A stretch of DNA of 64,000 bases. Source: a virus. The notes beneath the pieces were generated by a model. That model was not told where the DNA came from and did not search any database. It saw nothing but the letters and a program-made list of their open reading frames with translations. A program made the translations under genes and the position numbers. Positions 9,241 to 17,872 of the stretch are shown here, piece after piece (the stretch's first letter is position 1; each line of letters begins with the position of its first letter). Location: the IMG/VR virus record IMGVR_UViG_3300050343_000163; one strand, 5' to 3'.

Positions 9241-9463
9241 CTTTAATAAATTCTCCTTTTTCGTAATCAAATCTAGGATGTGGGGCAGACGGCACCCAAG
9301 GGTTTTTTGATGTGTTGTGTATAACAATAAACTTATCAGCAGCAAATGTACCTGCAATACTGACTCGAATTTCATCATCATCTTTCCAATTAAATGAACC
9401 ATCTTTTTTAGTATGGTTCATTGCTTCTTGGATCTGGTCAATAACTTCTTGTGTTAGTTTCAT
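9206..9463 (-). CDS. Hypothetical protein, about 85 aa
   Basis: Start reassigned to MKLTQEV; ATGA overlap with the upstream 40-aa ORF. Confidence 0.7.
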   Translation of the reverse strand: MKLTQEVIDQIQEAMNHTKKDGSFNWKDDDEIRVSIAGTFAADKFIVIHNTSKNPWVPSAPHPRFDYEKGEFIKDEDSTNNGSTS

Positions 9464-9582
9464 TGCAAATACTCCACTATCTTTAGTATACCATATGCTG
9501 TAAATACTTGAGGAATTATAAAAGCAACCATTGCTACAATCCAAAAGACATAGTAATAATTTTCTTTATTCTGTGTTCTCAT
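9460..9582 (-). CDS. Small membrane protein, 40 aa
   Basis: Hand translation MRTQNKENYYYVFWIVAMVAFIIPQVFTAYGILKIVEYLQ; ATGA overlaps at both ends. Confidence 0.7.
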   Translation of the reverse strand: MRTQNKENYYYVFWIVAMVAFIIPQVFTAYGILKIVEYLQ

Positions 9583-9812
9583 TGAGGGGAATGATCTTTA
9601 AACTTATCATGGTTGCCATCACCTGGCATTTTACCAAAAGCAATATATTCAACAGCTTGTAGAGAACCTTCCAGTCTAGTCAAGTCTCTCTCAATTTTAA
9701 TGTATTCATCATACGCTTCTTGTAGTAATTCTTTTTTCTCAGTTAACTGAGCAGTTCTCTTTGTGAAACGCTCAATTAATTGTTCATTGTTTTCTACAGG
9801 TTTAATTTTCAT
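9579..9812 (-). CDS. Small coiled-coil protein, 77 aa
   Basis: Heptad-like L/E/K-rich sequence within a tight gene string. Confidence 0.7.
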   Translation of the reverse strand: MKIKPVENNEQLIERFTKRTAQLTEKKELLQEAYDEYIKIERDLTRLEGSLQAVEYIAFGKMPGDGNHDKFKDHSPQ

Positions 9813-9969
9813 TGTATCTAATTGTTAGTGATTGCAAAAATTCTCCCGTTGGTTTAGAAACTTTCCAAGTTGAATCTTTCGATGCAAAGGATAGTTTACA
9901 ACGTATCTTGTTTGATGAGAGACGAATCATTCTCACCATAGCTAGATTACGTTCCAATTCATTGAGCAT
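9802..9969 (-). CDS. Hypothetical basic protein, 55 aa
   Basis: Hand translation MLNELERNLAMVRMIRLSSNKIRCKL...; fills the gap with 11-nt overlaps. Confidence 0.55.
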   Translation of the reverse strand: MLNELERNLAMVRMIRLSSNKIRCKLSFASKDSTWKVSKPTGEFLQSLTIRYNEN

Positions 9970-10108
9970 CTTCTTGTGTTTTATTGTATACTATAATTCG
10001 ATTGCCATCATGTGTAAACATGAGTTCATCATCATGACCCCAACAAAGTTCTTCGTAAAGATCATTAAGTTTTTCCATGTCATCATATAAGGTGTTGGGG
10101 TTTGGCAT
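9959..10108 (-). CDS. Hypothetical acidic protein, 49 aa
   Basis: Hand translation MPNPNTLYDDMEKLNDLYEELCWGHDDEL...; TAATG overlap with the gp55 stop. Confidence 0.7.
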   Translation of the reverse strand: MPNPNTLYDDMEKLNDLYEELCWGHDDELMFTHDGNRIIVYNKTQEDAQ

Positions 10109-10614
10109 TATCGATTCATTTTAGTTTCAATGTTTTCTTTGATGCTACCCATGTCAGAATAAGAAGCATTCATACCAGACATACTACCATCATATGTGTC
10201 TGTGTGCATGACTTCATCATATCCTGACCGTTCTAGGATCTTACCTTTGATCTCTAGCTGCTTCTTTTCTTTTTGGATCCTACGCAAGAATGCATAGTAA
10301 ATGATCTGAGTAAAATAAGCGAATGGGTTCTTAGATTTTTCAGGGTCAAAGTTGTCAATATACTGGAGGCAATTTTCAATGCCGTCACAGATCATGTCCT
10401 CACGGAACATGTAGTTAACAAAGTTAGGTTTATAAGATAGGTGTGTTGCGATCTTTAAAAAGCAAGAACCAATATAATTGGTAACTCGTGGGCGAGGTTT
10501 GCCTGTTTCTTTAGCAGCATGAACGTTTTGCCGAAAGTCAGTGATCGCAGCAAGGAACTCTTTATTATTGACGTAGTATTCTGTCTTTTTTCGGGTCATT
10601 ACTGCATATGCCAT
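10108..10614 (-). CDS. gp55: Late-transcription sigma factor
   Basis: YYVNNKEF, KIATHLSYKPNFVNYMFREDMICDGIENC, NPFAYFTQI. Confidence 0.97.
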   Translation of the reverse strand: MAYAVMTRKKTEYYVNNKEFLAAITDFRQNVHAAKETGKPRPRVTNYIGSCFLKIATHLSYKPNFVNYMFREDMICDGIENCLQYIDNFDPEKSKNPFAYFTQIIYYAFLRRIQKEKKQLEIKGKILERSGYDEVMHTDTYDGSMSGMNASYSDMGSIKENIETKMNR

Positions 10615-10639
10615 GGTTTGTTACCATTATCATGTACTA

Positions 10640-10668
10640 AGGATAGCACAATGAATTGGATTTGTAAA
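10640..10668 (-). promoter_or_regulatory. Sigma70-type promoter for gp55
   Basis: TTTACA (10663-10668), N17, TATCCT (10640-10645) with extended -10 TG. Confidence 0.65.
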
Positions 10669-10674
10669 GGGGGC

Positions 10675-10703
10675 TTGACAGAACCTCATAAACTGAGTAC
10701 AAT
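10675..10703 (+). promoter_or_regulatory. Near-consensus sigma70 promoter, antisense orientation
   Basis: TTGACA (10675-10680), N17, TACAAT (10698-10703); points against the minus-strand genes. Confidence 0.65.
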
Positions 10704-10731
10704 TAACCTTGTAGAGGTTCAGGTCAAGGTA

Positions 10732-11130
10732 TTAGCTTTTATTAAAGATATCTTCTAAAGACTTTTTCATTTCTTTTACTGATCCTAGATATCCAGAATC
10801 ACGAGTTAATTTCCCTGCTCTTCCAGTTAGACTCTTTCCATTTTCTAACCTCTCTAAAGTTTTTTCGTAGAAGTCTTGAATCATGGGATCAATTTCAGTC
10901 ATAGTCATGATATGATCACGCTTAATAATAAACATGTTATCAAACGAGGCGCTGATCCATTCACTAAAAGAAAAACCAGATACTTCTAATTGACCTTTCT
11001 TTTGTTTTGCAGCTAGAACTTGGAGAGGGTTTTCTAATAATACTTTGTCTTCATCTTCTAAGTAGCAGACTTTAGATACTATCTCCTCTCCAGTTGTTAA
11101 TTTTATTGTTGCATAGAATTCTTCTTCCAT
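10732..11130 (-). CDS. Conserved hypothetical protein between uvsW and gp55
   Basis: 132-aa ORF, YATIKLTTGEEIVSKV N-terminus, conserved position in T4-like cyanophages. Confidence 0.8.
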   Translation of the reverse strand: MEEEFYATIKLTTGEEIVSKVCYLEDEDKVLLENPLQVLAAKQKKGQLEVSGFSFSEWISASFDNMFIIKRDHIMTMTEIDPMIQDFYEKTLERLENGKSLTGRAGKLTRDSGYLGSVKEMKKSLEDIFNKS

Positions 11131-11132
11131 AT

Positions 11133-12605
11133 TTAACTTGCTCTAAGGTTTACTTTTATTACCTCATACTTAAAATTTTCATCATTATAAATGTTGACTC
11201 TTTCATTCAAGTGCCGAAGCGTATAATTCTGACCGCCAATGTCATCAGCGATATCGTATAAAGTTGCAATATCTTTACCTTCACCTTTCCTAAGTACACG
11301 ACCAATTGATTGGAGGTTACGAATGCGTGACTTACTTGGGGAAGCAAATATAATATTGTGTAATCGTTTAATATTAATTCCTGTAGAAAAGGTTCCGTAA
11401 GAAGCAACAATAACAGCGTTATTTTCCGTCTCGGTAATTTGACGAACAGCTTCTCTATCTTCTACATCAGTACCACCATGAACAAAAAATAATTTTCGTT
11501 CTGGGTCTATGGTATTATTTATCAACTCATAAAGTGGTTCCCCATGCTTTTCAATATAGTTAAATAGCACTAGGGTGTTACCCTCAATGTCTTTAACTAG
11601 GTTTTTAATAATATTATTTCTTCCTTTATGTTCTACGAGATATTCCATCTCATCATGATATGATTCAAAGTGTTGCGGAGCATGTTTACACAAAAGTATT
11701 TTTATTCTAAACTTAGAGAGATAACCAGATTTGATTAAATCATCTGTTTTAGTTACACGTTCACAATCACCAAACAATCCTTCCAACACCCACTTGTGAG
11801 TTTTACTCCCGTCTAGGGTTCCAGTAAAACCAAACCTATACTTGGCATTGTGTAGCTTAGTCATGATTCCTGTGAGGGACTTCGACTTAAATAGGTGTGC
11901 CTCATCTCCGATAACACAATCAATATCATCAAAGTATCTTTTTGGAAACTTGTAGATGGATTGCCAGGTTGAAATAATGATTGGTTTGTCAGTATTCTTA
12001 TCTTTGCCTGAATATATCTTATGCACATGATCGTCAGCATTCCACCCGTAATCGTTAAAGTCATTGACCATCTGTTCTACCAAGGACGTAGTAGGGACGA
12101 TGATCAGCGTCTTCTTGTTGGTAGCAGTATAGTATCGGACGAGGGAATAAATCATAAGAGACTTCCCAGATCCCGTAGGAGAAAGAAGTAACTTTCTATT
12201 ATTTTTTATAGCTTCGTAGACTGCACGATATTGATAGTCGCGAGGTTGAATATCACCACGGACAATTTTATCCATGAATGTCTTTACACCAGCAGGAGAA
12301 ACAAAACCGTTTAGGTCTTCAACATCTCCATACCAATCATTCCTTTCATACTCAACTTTATATTGTCTTTCGTATGCCCATGTCTCTAAGTGTTTTCTTA
12401 GACCATGATATAATTCACCTGTACCTGGTGAATACAAACGAATAGTTCCGTCCCAGTATTTGTATCTGGGATTCTTTTTTAAGAACTTAGCTTCAGGAAC
12501 TTCAAAGGTAAAGTAGTCTGACAGTTCTTGATGAACATGTGGTTCCTTTGAATTAATTGTAATGTAAACTTCGTTCTTTTTTTTAATACTGAGAGTTGTC
12601 ATCAT
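11133..12605 (-). CDS. uvsW: SF2 DNA/RNA-DNA helicase UvsW
   Basis: SPTGSGKS, IGDEAH, GFTGT, QSIGRVLR. Confidence 0.97.
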   Translation of the reverse strand: MMTTLSIKKKNEVYITINSKEPHVHQELSDYFTFEVPEAKFLKKNPRYKYWDGTIRLYSPGTGELYHGLRKHLETWAYERQYKVEYERNDWYGDVEDLNGFVSPAGVKTFMDKIVRGDIQPRDYQYRAVYEAIKNNRKLLLSPTGSGKSLMIYSLVRYYTATNKKTLIIVPTTSLVEQMVNDFNDYGWNADDHVHKIYSGKDKNTDKPIIISTWQSIYKFPKRYFDDIDCVIGDEAHLFKSKSLTGIMTKLHNAKYRFGFTGTLDGSKTHKWVLEGLFGDCERVTKTDDLIKSGYLSKFRIKILLCKHAPQHFESYHDEMEYLVEHKGRNNIIKNLVKDIEGNTLVLFNYIEKHGEPLYELINNTIDPERKLFFVHGGTDVEDREAVRQITETENNAVIVASYGTFSTGINIKRLHNIIFASPSKSRIRNLQSIGRVLRKGEGKDIATLYDIADDIGGQNYTLRHLNERVNIYNDENFKYEVIKVNLRAS

Positions 12606-13075
12606 TGTCCGTTAACAAATTTCTCCCACTCAATAGCACTCTTGACCTGAAACCCTCTATTAGAAATTTGACGCATGACTTGATCTAACCAGTACAACAT
12701 CTGATCTAGATACTTGATTTTTGCCTCAAGGTTAATGATCTCATCATCACTCTCAAGGTATGTTTTCATTTTCTCGGAAGTCTTAATGCTTGATCCAAAT
12801 GGTTTAGCGGCGTAAACTTTAGCGTCTGCCTCTCCAGAGTAATACTCACGCTTTTCCCTAACCAATTTACGGATCTCAAATTCAAGTGAAGCTTTGATCT
12901 GAGAGATGTCAGTGTAATGGTTTAAGTATTTATTATGTTGAAATGGGATGTTAAGAGCTAATTGTCCTAAGTCTGTGGTATACTGTTTACTCTTGAACTG
13001 AAAATCAACTGCAGAATCTTCCGCCCAATCTGCTCTTAACTGTTCAAATTTATTACGAAGAGAATCAAAATTCAT
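12602..13075 (-). CDS. uvsY: Recombination mediator UvsY
   Basis: QHNKYL, YYSGEA, RGFQVKSAIEW; adjacent to uvsW. Confidence 0.9.
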   Translation of the reverse strand: MNFDSLRNKFEQLRADWAEDSAVDFQFKSKQYTTDLGQLALNIPFQHNKYLNHYTDISQIKASLEFEIRKLVREKREYYSGEADAKVYAAKPFGSSIKTSEKMKTYLESDDEIINLEAKIKYLDQMLYWLDQVMRQISNRGFQVKSAIEWEKFVNGQ

Positions 13076-13593
13076 AAAAGTTTCATTGTTTTATCACGAA
13101 GGAAGAACTGCTGGTGCTTGAATGTCACCTCCGCAGTAATATATTCCACATCAGTTATTGTAGCATCAAATTGTAGGTTACTTAAAGATACAGGAAATAT
13201 ATCCCTAAACTCTACAACAAATGCTGGGTTGTATTGTGAAGTAGTGATATGTAATTGTGCGTTAGTATAGATATCTAATTCATTTGTTGTTCGTTGCATC
13301 TGATCTGCATTGCCATTATCTCTCATCCATTTATGAATAGAGTTATAATTAACTAGATCTTCGTCAACAATAAAACGCACGACAAAATCCCCGAAGTTAA
13401 CACCACCGCCAGGTACGATAGGCAAATTCCTAAAAGGACTTGCTACATCAATGGTAGGCATGTTAACATCGGGGACATTTGCTGATTGGCAAAAGAAATC
13501 TACTCCATCAAACTTCTCTAGTTTAAGGAGATAACCAATAGGGTTTAAGAAGTTCCTATTTCTAGGTTGTTCTTTATACCATTCAGCAGACAT
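13072..13593 (-). CDS. gp3: Tail completion / sheath stabiliser protein
   Basis: NFLNP, FFCQSANVP, FIVDEDLVNY, FPVSLS; conserved position before uvsY. Confidence 0.88.
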   Translation of the reverse strand: MSAEWYKEQPRNRNFLNPIGYLLKLEKFDGVDFFCQSANVPDVNMPTIDVASPFRNLPIVPGGGVNFGDFVVRFIVDEDLVNYNSIHKWMRDNGNADQMQRTTNELDIYTNAQLHITTSQYNPAFVVEFRDIFPVSLSNLQFDATITDVEYITAEVTFKHQQFFLRDKTMKLL

Positions 13594-13614
13594 ATCAACT
13601 TCCCAAGCTATAAC

Positions 13615-13621
13615 TATTTAT
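13615..13621 (-). promoter_or_regulatory. Late promoter (ATAAATA) for gp3
   Basis: T4-like late -10 box about 20 nt upstream of the ATG. Confidence 0.65.
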
Positions 13622-13632
13622 GGGTTGTTAAA

Positions 13633-13953
13633 TTAACGTTGAAATACTCTTTGAATAGGAACTTGTTTTAATTTATCGATAACATCAGACTCGACTCTAC
13701 TAACAATTTTATCTAACAAGTCTACATCTATGTGCATGAAAGGTGGGATAATACCAAGCAGACGAAGTAAACCATCCACAAATAATGCAAGAGTTGTGAA
13801 TCCTAAGATCATACTAATAACAGTAGCGTCCCGATTATGTTTCGCCATTGAATCTTCGTCTATCTTTCTAGCTTCACTAACTGCTTTCTCTACTGCTTGT
13901 TCAATCAGTATGTCAATTTCTTCTTTTGTGTAGCTAGTCTGGTTGGTCTTCAT
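13633..13953 (-). CDS. Membrane-anchored hypothetical protein
   Basis: Start reassigned to MKTNQTS; one TM segment VISMILGFTTLALFVDGLL. Confidence 0.7.
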   Translation of the reverse strand: MKTNQTSYTKEEIDILIEQAVEKAVSEARKIDEDSMAKHNRDATVISMILGFTTLALFVDGLLRLLGIIPPFMHIDVDLLDKIVSRVESDVIDKLKQVPIQRVFQR

Positions 13954-14125
13954 TGTTCCAAAAGTCTTCCCAGTCTGTGTCTGAGTTTGTAACATCCTTA
14001 ATATTTTTATTATCTAAGTAAGCTAATTTAATTCCTCTTGATTCTAAAACAATTTTTTTAGCTTCGGTCATTTGTTTATGATAAAAAACAATTGGTTGTT
14101 CATGTAATCCAATATCACCACTCAT
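13934..14125 (-). CDS. Hypothetical protein, 63 aa
   Basis: Tight packing with short overlaps. Confidence 0.6.
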   Translation of the reverse strand: MSGDIGLHEQPIVFYHKQMTEAKKIVLESRGIKLAYLDNKNIKDVTNSDTDWEDFWNNEDQPD

Positions 14126-14297
14126 CTAATTCCTCCTCTTCGTCCCATACTTCATACGGTCCATATTGCATACGTTTTAATTTTTCAGTCTCTGATCTAA
14201 ATGATTTTGTTTCTGATATCCAAACAACAAATTTCATTACAATAAAAATTGTTGCTAGTGGAGACAAACATAATAATAATATTAATGATTGATTCAT
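14115..14297 (-). CDS. Small membrane protein, 60 aa
   Basis: N-terminal hydrophobic helix, acidic tail; ATGA overlap upstream. Confidence 0.65.
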   Translation of the reverse strand: MNQSLILLLCLSPLATIFIVMKFVVWISETKSFRSETEKLKRMQYGPYEVWDEEEELDEW

Positions 14298-14470
14298 TGA
14301 CTATATTCGTTTATGATATCTAATACCTTATCTAGGGAATTATGAGCACCGTCATACCACTGACCTGTCTGACCTGTTAGACTAGAACTAGTATCTTTAT
14401 CATACAATTCAGTTTTTAATTTATATACCTTTGCAAGCATGTCTGTTTTACGTAAGCTACCACGAGGCAT
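14294..14470 (-). CDS. Hypothetical protein, 58 aa
   Basis: Hand translation MPRGSLRKTDMLAKVYKLK...WYDGAHNSLDKVLDIINEYSQ; preceded by TAAATA and AGGAG. Confidence 0.7.
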   Translation of the reverse strand: MPRGSLRKTDMLAKVYKLKTELYDKDTSSSLTGQTGQWYDGAHNSLDKVLDIINEYSQ

Positions 14471-14492
14471 AATAATTAATCGATACTACTCC

Positions 14493-14498
14493 TATTTA
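14493..14498 (-). promoter_or_regulatory. Late promoter core (TAAATA)
   Basis: Immediately downstream of the gp23 terminator. Confidence 0.5.
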
Positions 14499-14503
14499 AG
14501 CAT

Positions 14504-14528
14504 AAAAAAAGGGACCCCGTAGGGTCCC
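14504..14528 (-). terminator. Rho-independent terminator after gp23
   Basis: GGGACCC-TACG-GGGTCCC (cUNCGg tetraloop) followed by T7 on the minus strand. Confidence 0.92.
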
Positions 14529-14549
14529 TGTGTTGATTTCGTAACCGTA

Positions 14550-15974
14550 TCAGGTGAGGTTCGCAACGCGAACACGTCTGTAATACTGGTTGCGGTTGTG
14601 TGTAAGTGCCTCGGCATCAGGTGTGCCGTTGCTCTGTACAACGAATGGGTTAGCAACCATACCGTAGCGTGTCTTGAAGCCAATCTTGGGCTGGAAGGTG
14701 CTAGGGTCAATGCTTCTGAGCATTTGTAGGGGAACGTATGGGCAGTAGAACAGTCCACTGTCATAAGGTGAAGAACCCTTATAACCAACTACGTAGTAGT
14801 GGGTGTTAGAAACGTTAGCAGAGTAAGGATCAACAAAGACCTTAATGCGTCCGTTCATTGTACCTACAAGTAGGTTACCTGTGTCATCAACTTCACCGAT
14901 GGAAGGACCACCAGCGCCGCTTAGACCTGAGGAATAGTCGAGTGTGCCAGACATGGCAAGAGCAGAAGCTACATCAGCAGAAGTGATGATGAAGTTGCCC
15001 TTTCCTCTACGAGTTTGCTGCGCGATAGCGTTAGCATCTCTTTCAATCTGGAACATAAGTCCCTTGAATTTCTCAACAGACCATCTGCCGTTGCTGTCAA
15101 CGTCGAGGTCAAATACGCCAGCGTTAGCAACGTTGTTCTGTGCGCCAGACTTAGCGACAGTGTAAACGGTTCTAACAACTTCACGGTTGATTTCAGCAAG
15201 GATCTCACTAGACAGTAAGTTAGCAAGTTCCTGCTCAGCATCAAGACCATGAATTGCTTTCAAGTCTTGAGCAAGTTCTAGAGTGTATTCTGCTTTCAAA
15301 GCACGAGTCTTTGCAGTAACAGAAGTCTTCTCGATGCTGAAGCTCATCTCGTTGAATAGGGTTGAACCCGATCCTAGTGCTTCTGCATCTTCTCTAGCGA
15401 TGTTGCCTGCTTGGCGCTCGTAGTTAGCAGCAGTTGTGCCGCCGCCTGTAGCGTCGTTAAGCAGTGCAGGGTTAGCATCAGTTGCACCACCGTCTCCAAG
15501 AGGAGAAACGGGGTCGTTGTATGCTGCAGGACCCTGTGAGTTACCAGAGAAGTTGGTGTCAGGCTCGTTGTAGAGTGCTTCTGAACCAGCGCGTAGTGCA
15601 GCGCCATTCTCTTGATAATGTGACTTCATAGCAAAGATTAGTCCAGTAGGACCGCTCATTGGTTGAACGCCACAGATGTCGTATGCTACCAAGTTAGGCA
15701 TGGCACGACGGATTAGGGAGATCATTACAGGATCGAAACCTGCAAGTCCACCAGTTTGAGTACCGAGACCGCTACCAGATAGTGCGTTTGTACCGATAGC
15801 ACCAACAGTGTTGGATGCTTCGTTGATCATACCACGCTCTTCACGTAGTTGTGATTCTGTGTTTTCTAACAGAACAGCGGTAACAGCCTTTCTATAATTG
15901 TCTTTGATGGCAACAGAGCCTTCATGACCTAGAACAGGTGCCCACTTTTCGGTTAGAGCTTTTGAGTTAAACAT
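14550..15974 (-). CDS. gp23: Major capsid protein
   Basis: LIRRAMPNLVAYDICGVQPMSGPTGLIFAM, RALKAEYTLELAQDLKAIHGLDAE, YCPYVPL, FKTRYG. Confidence 0.99.
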   Translation of the reverse strand: MFNSKALTEKWAPVLGHEGSVAIKDNYRKAVTAVLLENTESQLREERGMINEASNTVGAIGTNALSGSGLGTQTGGLAGFDPVMISLIRRAMPNLVAYDICGVQPMSGPTGLIFAMKSHYQENGAALRAGSEALYNEPDTNFSGNSQGPAAYNDPVSPLGDGGATDANPALLNDATGGGTTAANYERQAGNIAREDAEALGSGSTLFNEMSFSIEKTSVTAKTRALKAEYTLELAQDLKAIHGLDAEQELANLLSSEILAEINREVVRTVYTVAKSGAQNNVANAGVFDLDVDSNGRWSVEKFKGLMFQIERDANAIAQQTRRGKGNFIITSADVASALAMSGTLDYSSGLSGAGGPSIGEVDDTGNLLVGTMNGRIKVFVDPYSANVSNTHYYVVGYKGSSPYDSGLFYCPYVPLQMLRSIDPSTFQPKIGFKTRYGMVANPFVVQSNGTPDAEALTHNRNQYYRRVRVANLT

Positions 15975-16018
15975 TTTGTTTAATTGCTCCGAATTAAAAA
16001 TTTATGGGTTAGTTATTA

Positions 16019-17176
16019 TCAGGATTTCCAGTGGTTGAGTGCGGTAAGGTATTGTGCCATTGCTGGTGTTACCTCTGCGTTCTCTCCTTCTACTGGAGTT
16101 TCGTCTGCAACTTCACTTTGAGTTACAGTTGCTTCCTTGAAATAGGACTCCTTAATGGTTTTCACCTTCTTGGAGAACTCTTCCTCGGTAGTAAACTCAA
16201 CACCCTCAGAGAGTGCAGCGAGTTTGTCCTTCTGAGTATCTGCAAGTCCTTCTGAAACAGTGTTCAGAATATTGAGTTTGGCAGTCTCGTTAAGACGTTT
16301 TTGTAATTTCACATTAGCTTTGACCTGTTCGTCAAGGCGCTCTTCCATTTCACGAATAGAGTCAGCCATACCTTCTACCACGTCAACTTTCTCGTCGGGG
16401 ATAGCGATATAGTGCTCTTCAAAGAGACCCTTCAGACCTGCGATGAAGTCTTCAGTAATCTCATTTCTGATTCCACGGTCCACAGCAACTTGGTTTTGCT
16501 CCATCCATGTACCGATGGCGTAGTTCACAGTGCCGTTAACTTCTTCGGATAGTTCTGCCTTAGCGGCATCTACTTGCTTATCCAATTCAGTGGCAAAGTG
16601 TTCTACAAGCTTGTCATACTCTTCAGAAATTTTTGCTTTAACGGCAGCTTCAAAGATTGTCTTTGCCTTTTCAGCAAACTCTTCTGAGAGTTCTGTGCCC
16701 TCTACTAGGGCAGCAACGTCAGCGGAAACATCAAGTTCCTCAAACGAAGGTTTGATAGGATAACCAACAGGACCACCTACCTTGGTTCCATATGCAACTT
16801 CAGCACCAACTGAAGGGGCAGCATCAGGAGAGTCGCCTGCACGCTGTTGAGGATCACCCGATACTTGAGAGATGGGTGCAGCGGCTTTAGCGCCAGGATT
16901 TTCTTCGCCGTCATCGTCGTCTTCGTTAGGAGCAGTCGATGTACCACCAAGATCAGTTACTGACTGACCTGCTGGAGCAGCAGAAGGGTCTACTTTTGGT
17001 TGGGGATCTTTGCCGCTACCAGAACTAGTCTGTGCGTCAGAGACCTGAGTGGGTTCACTACCAGTGCCAGGGATAACAGTTGCAGAAACAGTAGGCATTG
17101 GATCTGCCGCGTTCTCTACGATCACCTTTTGCTCGGTAACGAATTCCTCAAACTTTTCGTTAAGCTTGTCTGACAT
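16019..17176 (-). CDS. gp22: Prohead core scaffold protein
   Basis: LSEEFAEKAKTIFEAAV, acidic coiled coil; between gp21 and gp23. Confidence 0.93.
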   Translation of the reverse strand: MSDKLNEKFEEFVTEQKVIVENAADPMPTVSATVIPGTGSEPTQVSDAQTSSGSGKDPQPKVDPSAAPAGQSVTDLGGTSTAPNEDDDDGEENPGAKAAAPISQVSGDPQQRAGDSPDAAPSVGAEVAYGTKVGGPVGYPIKPSFEELDVSADVAALVEGTELSEEFAEKAKTIFEAAVKAKISEEYDKLVEHFATELDKQVDAAKAELSEEVNGTVNYAIGTWMEQNQVAVDRGIRNEITEDFIAGLKGLFEEHYIAIPDEKVDVVEGMADSIREMEERLDEQVKANVKLQKRLNETAKLNILNTVSEGLADTQKDKLAALSEGVEFTTEEEFSKKVKTIKESYFKEATVTQSEVADETPVEGENAEVTPAMAQYLTALNHWKS

Positions 17177-17216
17177 TTGAGTTTACCTCGTAATTTCCGT
17201 ATTATTAATCTAAGTT

Positions 17217-17224
17217 TATTTATA
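17217..17224 (-). promoter_or_regulatory. Late promoter (TATAAATA) for gp22-gp23
   Basis: Perfect T4 late consensus. Confidence 0.85.
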
Positions 17225-17227
17225 GAA

Positions 17228-17872
17228 TCAAAGATTTGAGAGGAAATGCTCAAACACTTTGAGCGTTTTCTCTTCCATGGAGCGGCGGTTAGCACCTTCC
17301 ATGTATCTCTGGTATTTAGCAACTTCTCTTTCTTTTAAAAGACCGTTGTCCCATACCCATTCTTTACCTTCCATGATTCCATTTACAAAAGCATCAGGTG
17401 CGGAAGGATCTGCTACAATATCTGCAGCAGTTGTAAGCATGAAGTCATCTGCAACAACGTTGCAGTCTTCACTTCTTTGAATGCTTCCCATACCACGAGA
17501 GGAAACACCTAACTGAACTCCTTCGCCAAGTAGATTCTTAGCGATGTTACCCATTGGGGTATCTAAAATTTGTGCCTTTCCAATAAAGTTATTACCCTCT
17601 GCTTTGAGAGAAATAATTCTATGCGACACTCTATCGAGATTGATGGTAGGACCATCTGGATGACCGAGTTCACCTAAAGCACGCTTAGATTGTACGTACT
17701 CTTCATTGTATCTCTTGACCTCTCGCTCAAGAACACTATAAGGATACATACGACCATTGCGGTTCTTTAGTTCTGATTGAAGGAAGACACCTTCAATATA
17801 CAGAAGTTTTTTTCCGTTTTTCTCCTCAGTAAGGAGTTTAACGTTTTCAATCGTTTCCGTTATCAGTTTCAT
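17228..17872 (-). CDS. gp21: Prohead protease
   Basis: Start MKLITETIE; NRNGRMY, LGELGHP, GVSSRGMGS, DIVADPSAPDA. Confidence 0.97.
   Translation of the reverse strand: MKLITETIENVKLLTEEKNGKKLLYIEGVFLQSELKNRNGRMYPYSVLEREVKRYNEEYVQSKRALGELGHPDGPTINLDRVSHRIISLKAEGNNFIGKAQILDTPMGNIAKNLLGEGVQLGVSSRGMGSIQRSEDCNVVADDFMLTTAADIVADPSAPDAFVNGIMEGKEWVWDNGLLKEREVAKYQRYMEGANRRSMEEKTLKVFEHFLSNL

Noticed and set aside
9241-9402. N-terminal extension of gp47 in the ORF track
   Set aside because: Overlaps another coherent ORF; the phosphoesterase motif begins at MKIALITDQH. Similar over-long starts were trimmed at 1528, 2892, 9544, 13995, 17902, 22731, 25969 and 31782.
11130-11135. TAAATA as a late promoter for the 132-aa gene
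   Set aside because: It overlaps the start codon, leaving no room for a leader.
14361-14378. 9-bp tandem repeat tgacctgtc/tgacctgtt
   Set aside because: Two imperfect in-frame copies (TGQTGQ); no further significance evident.
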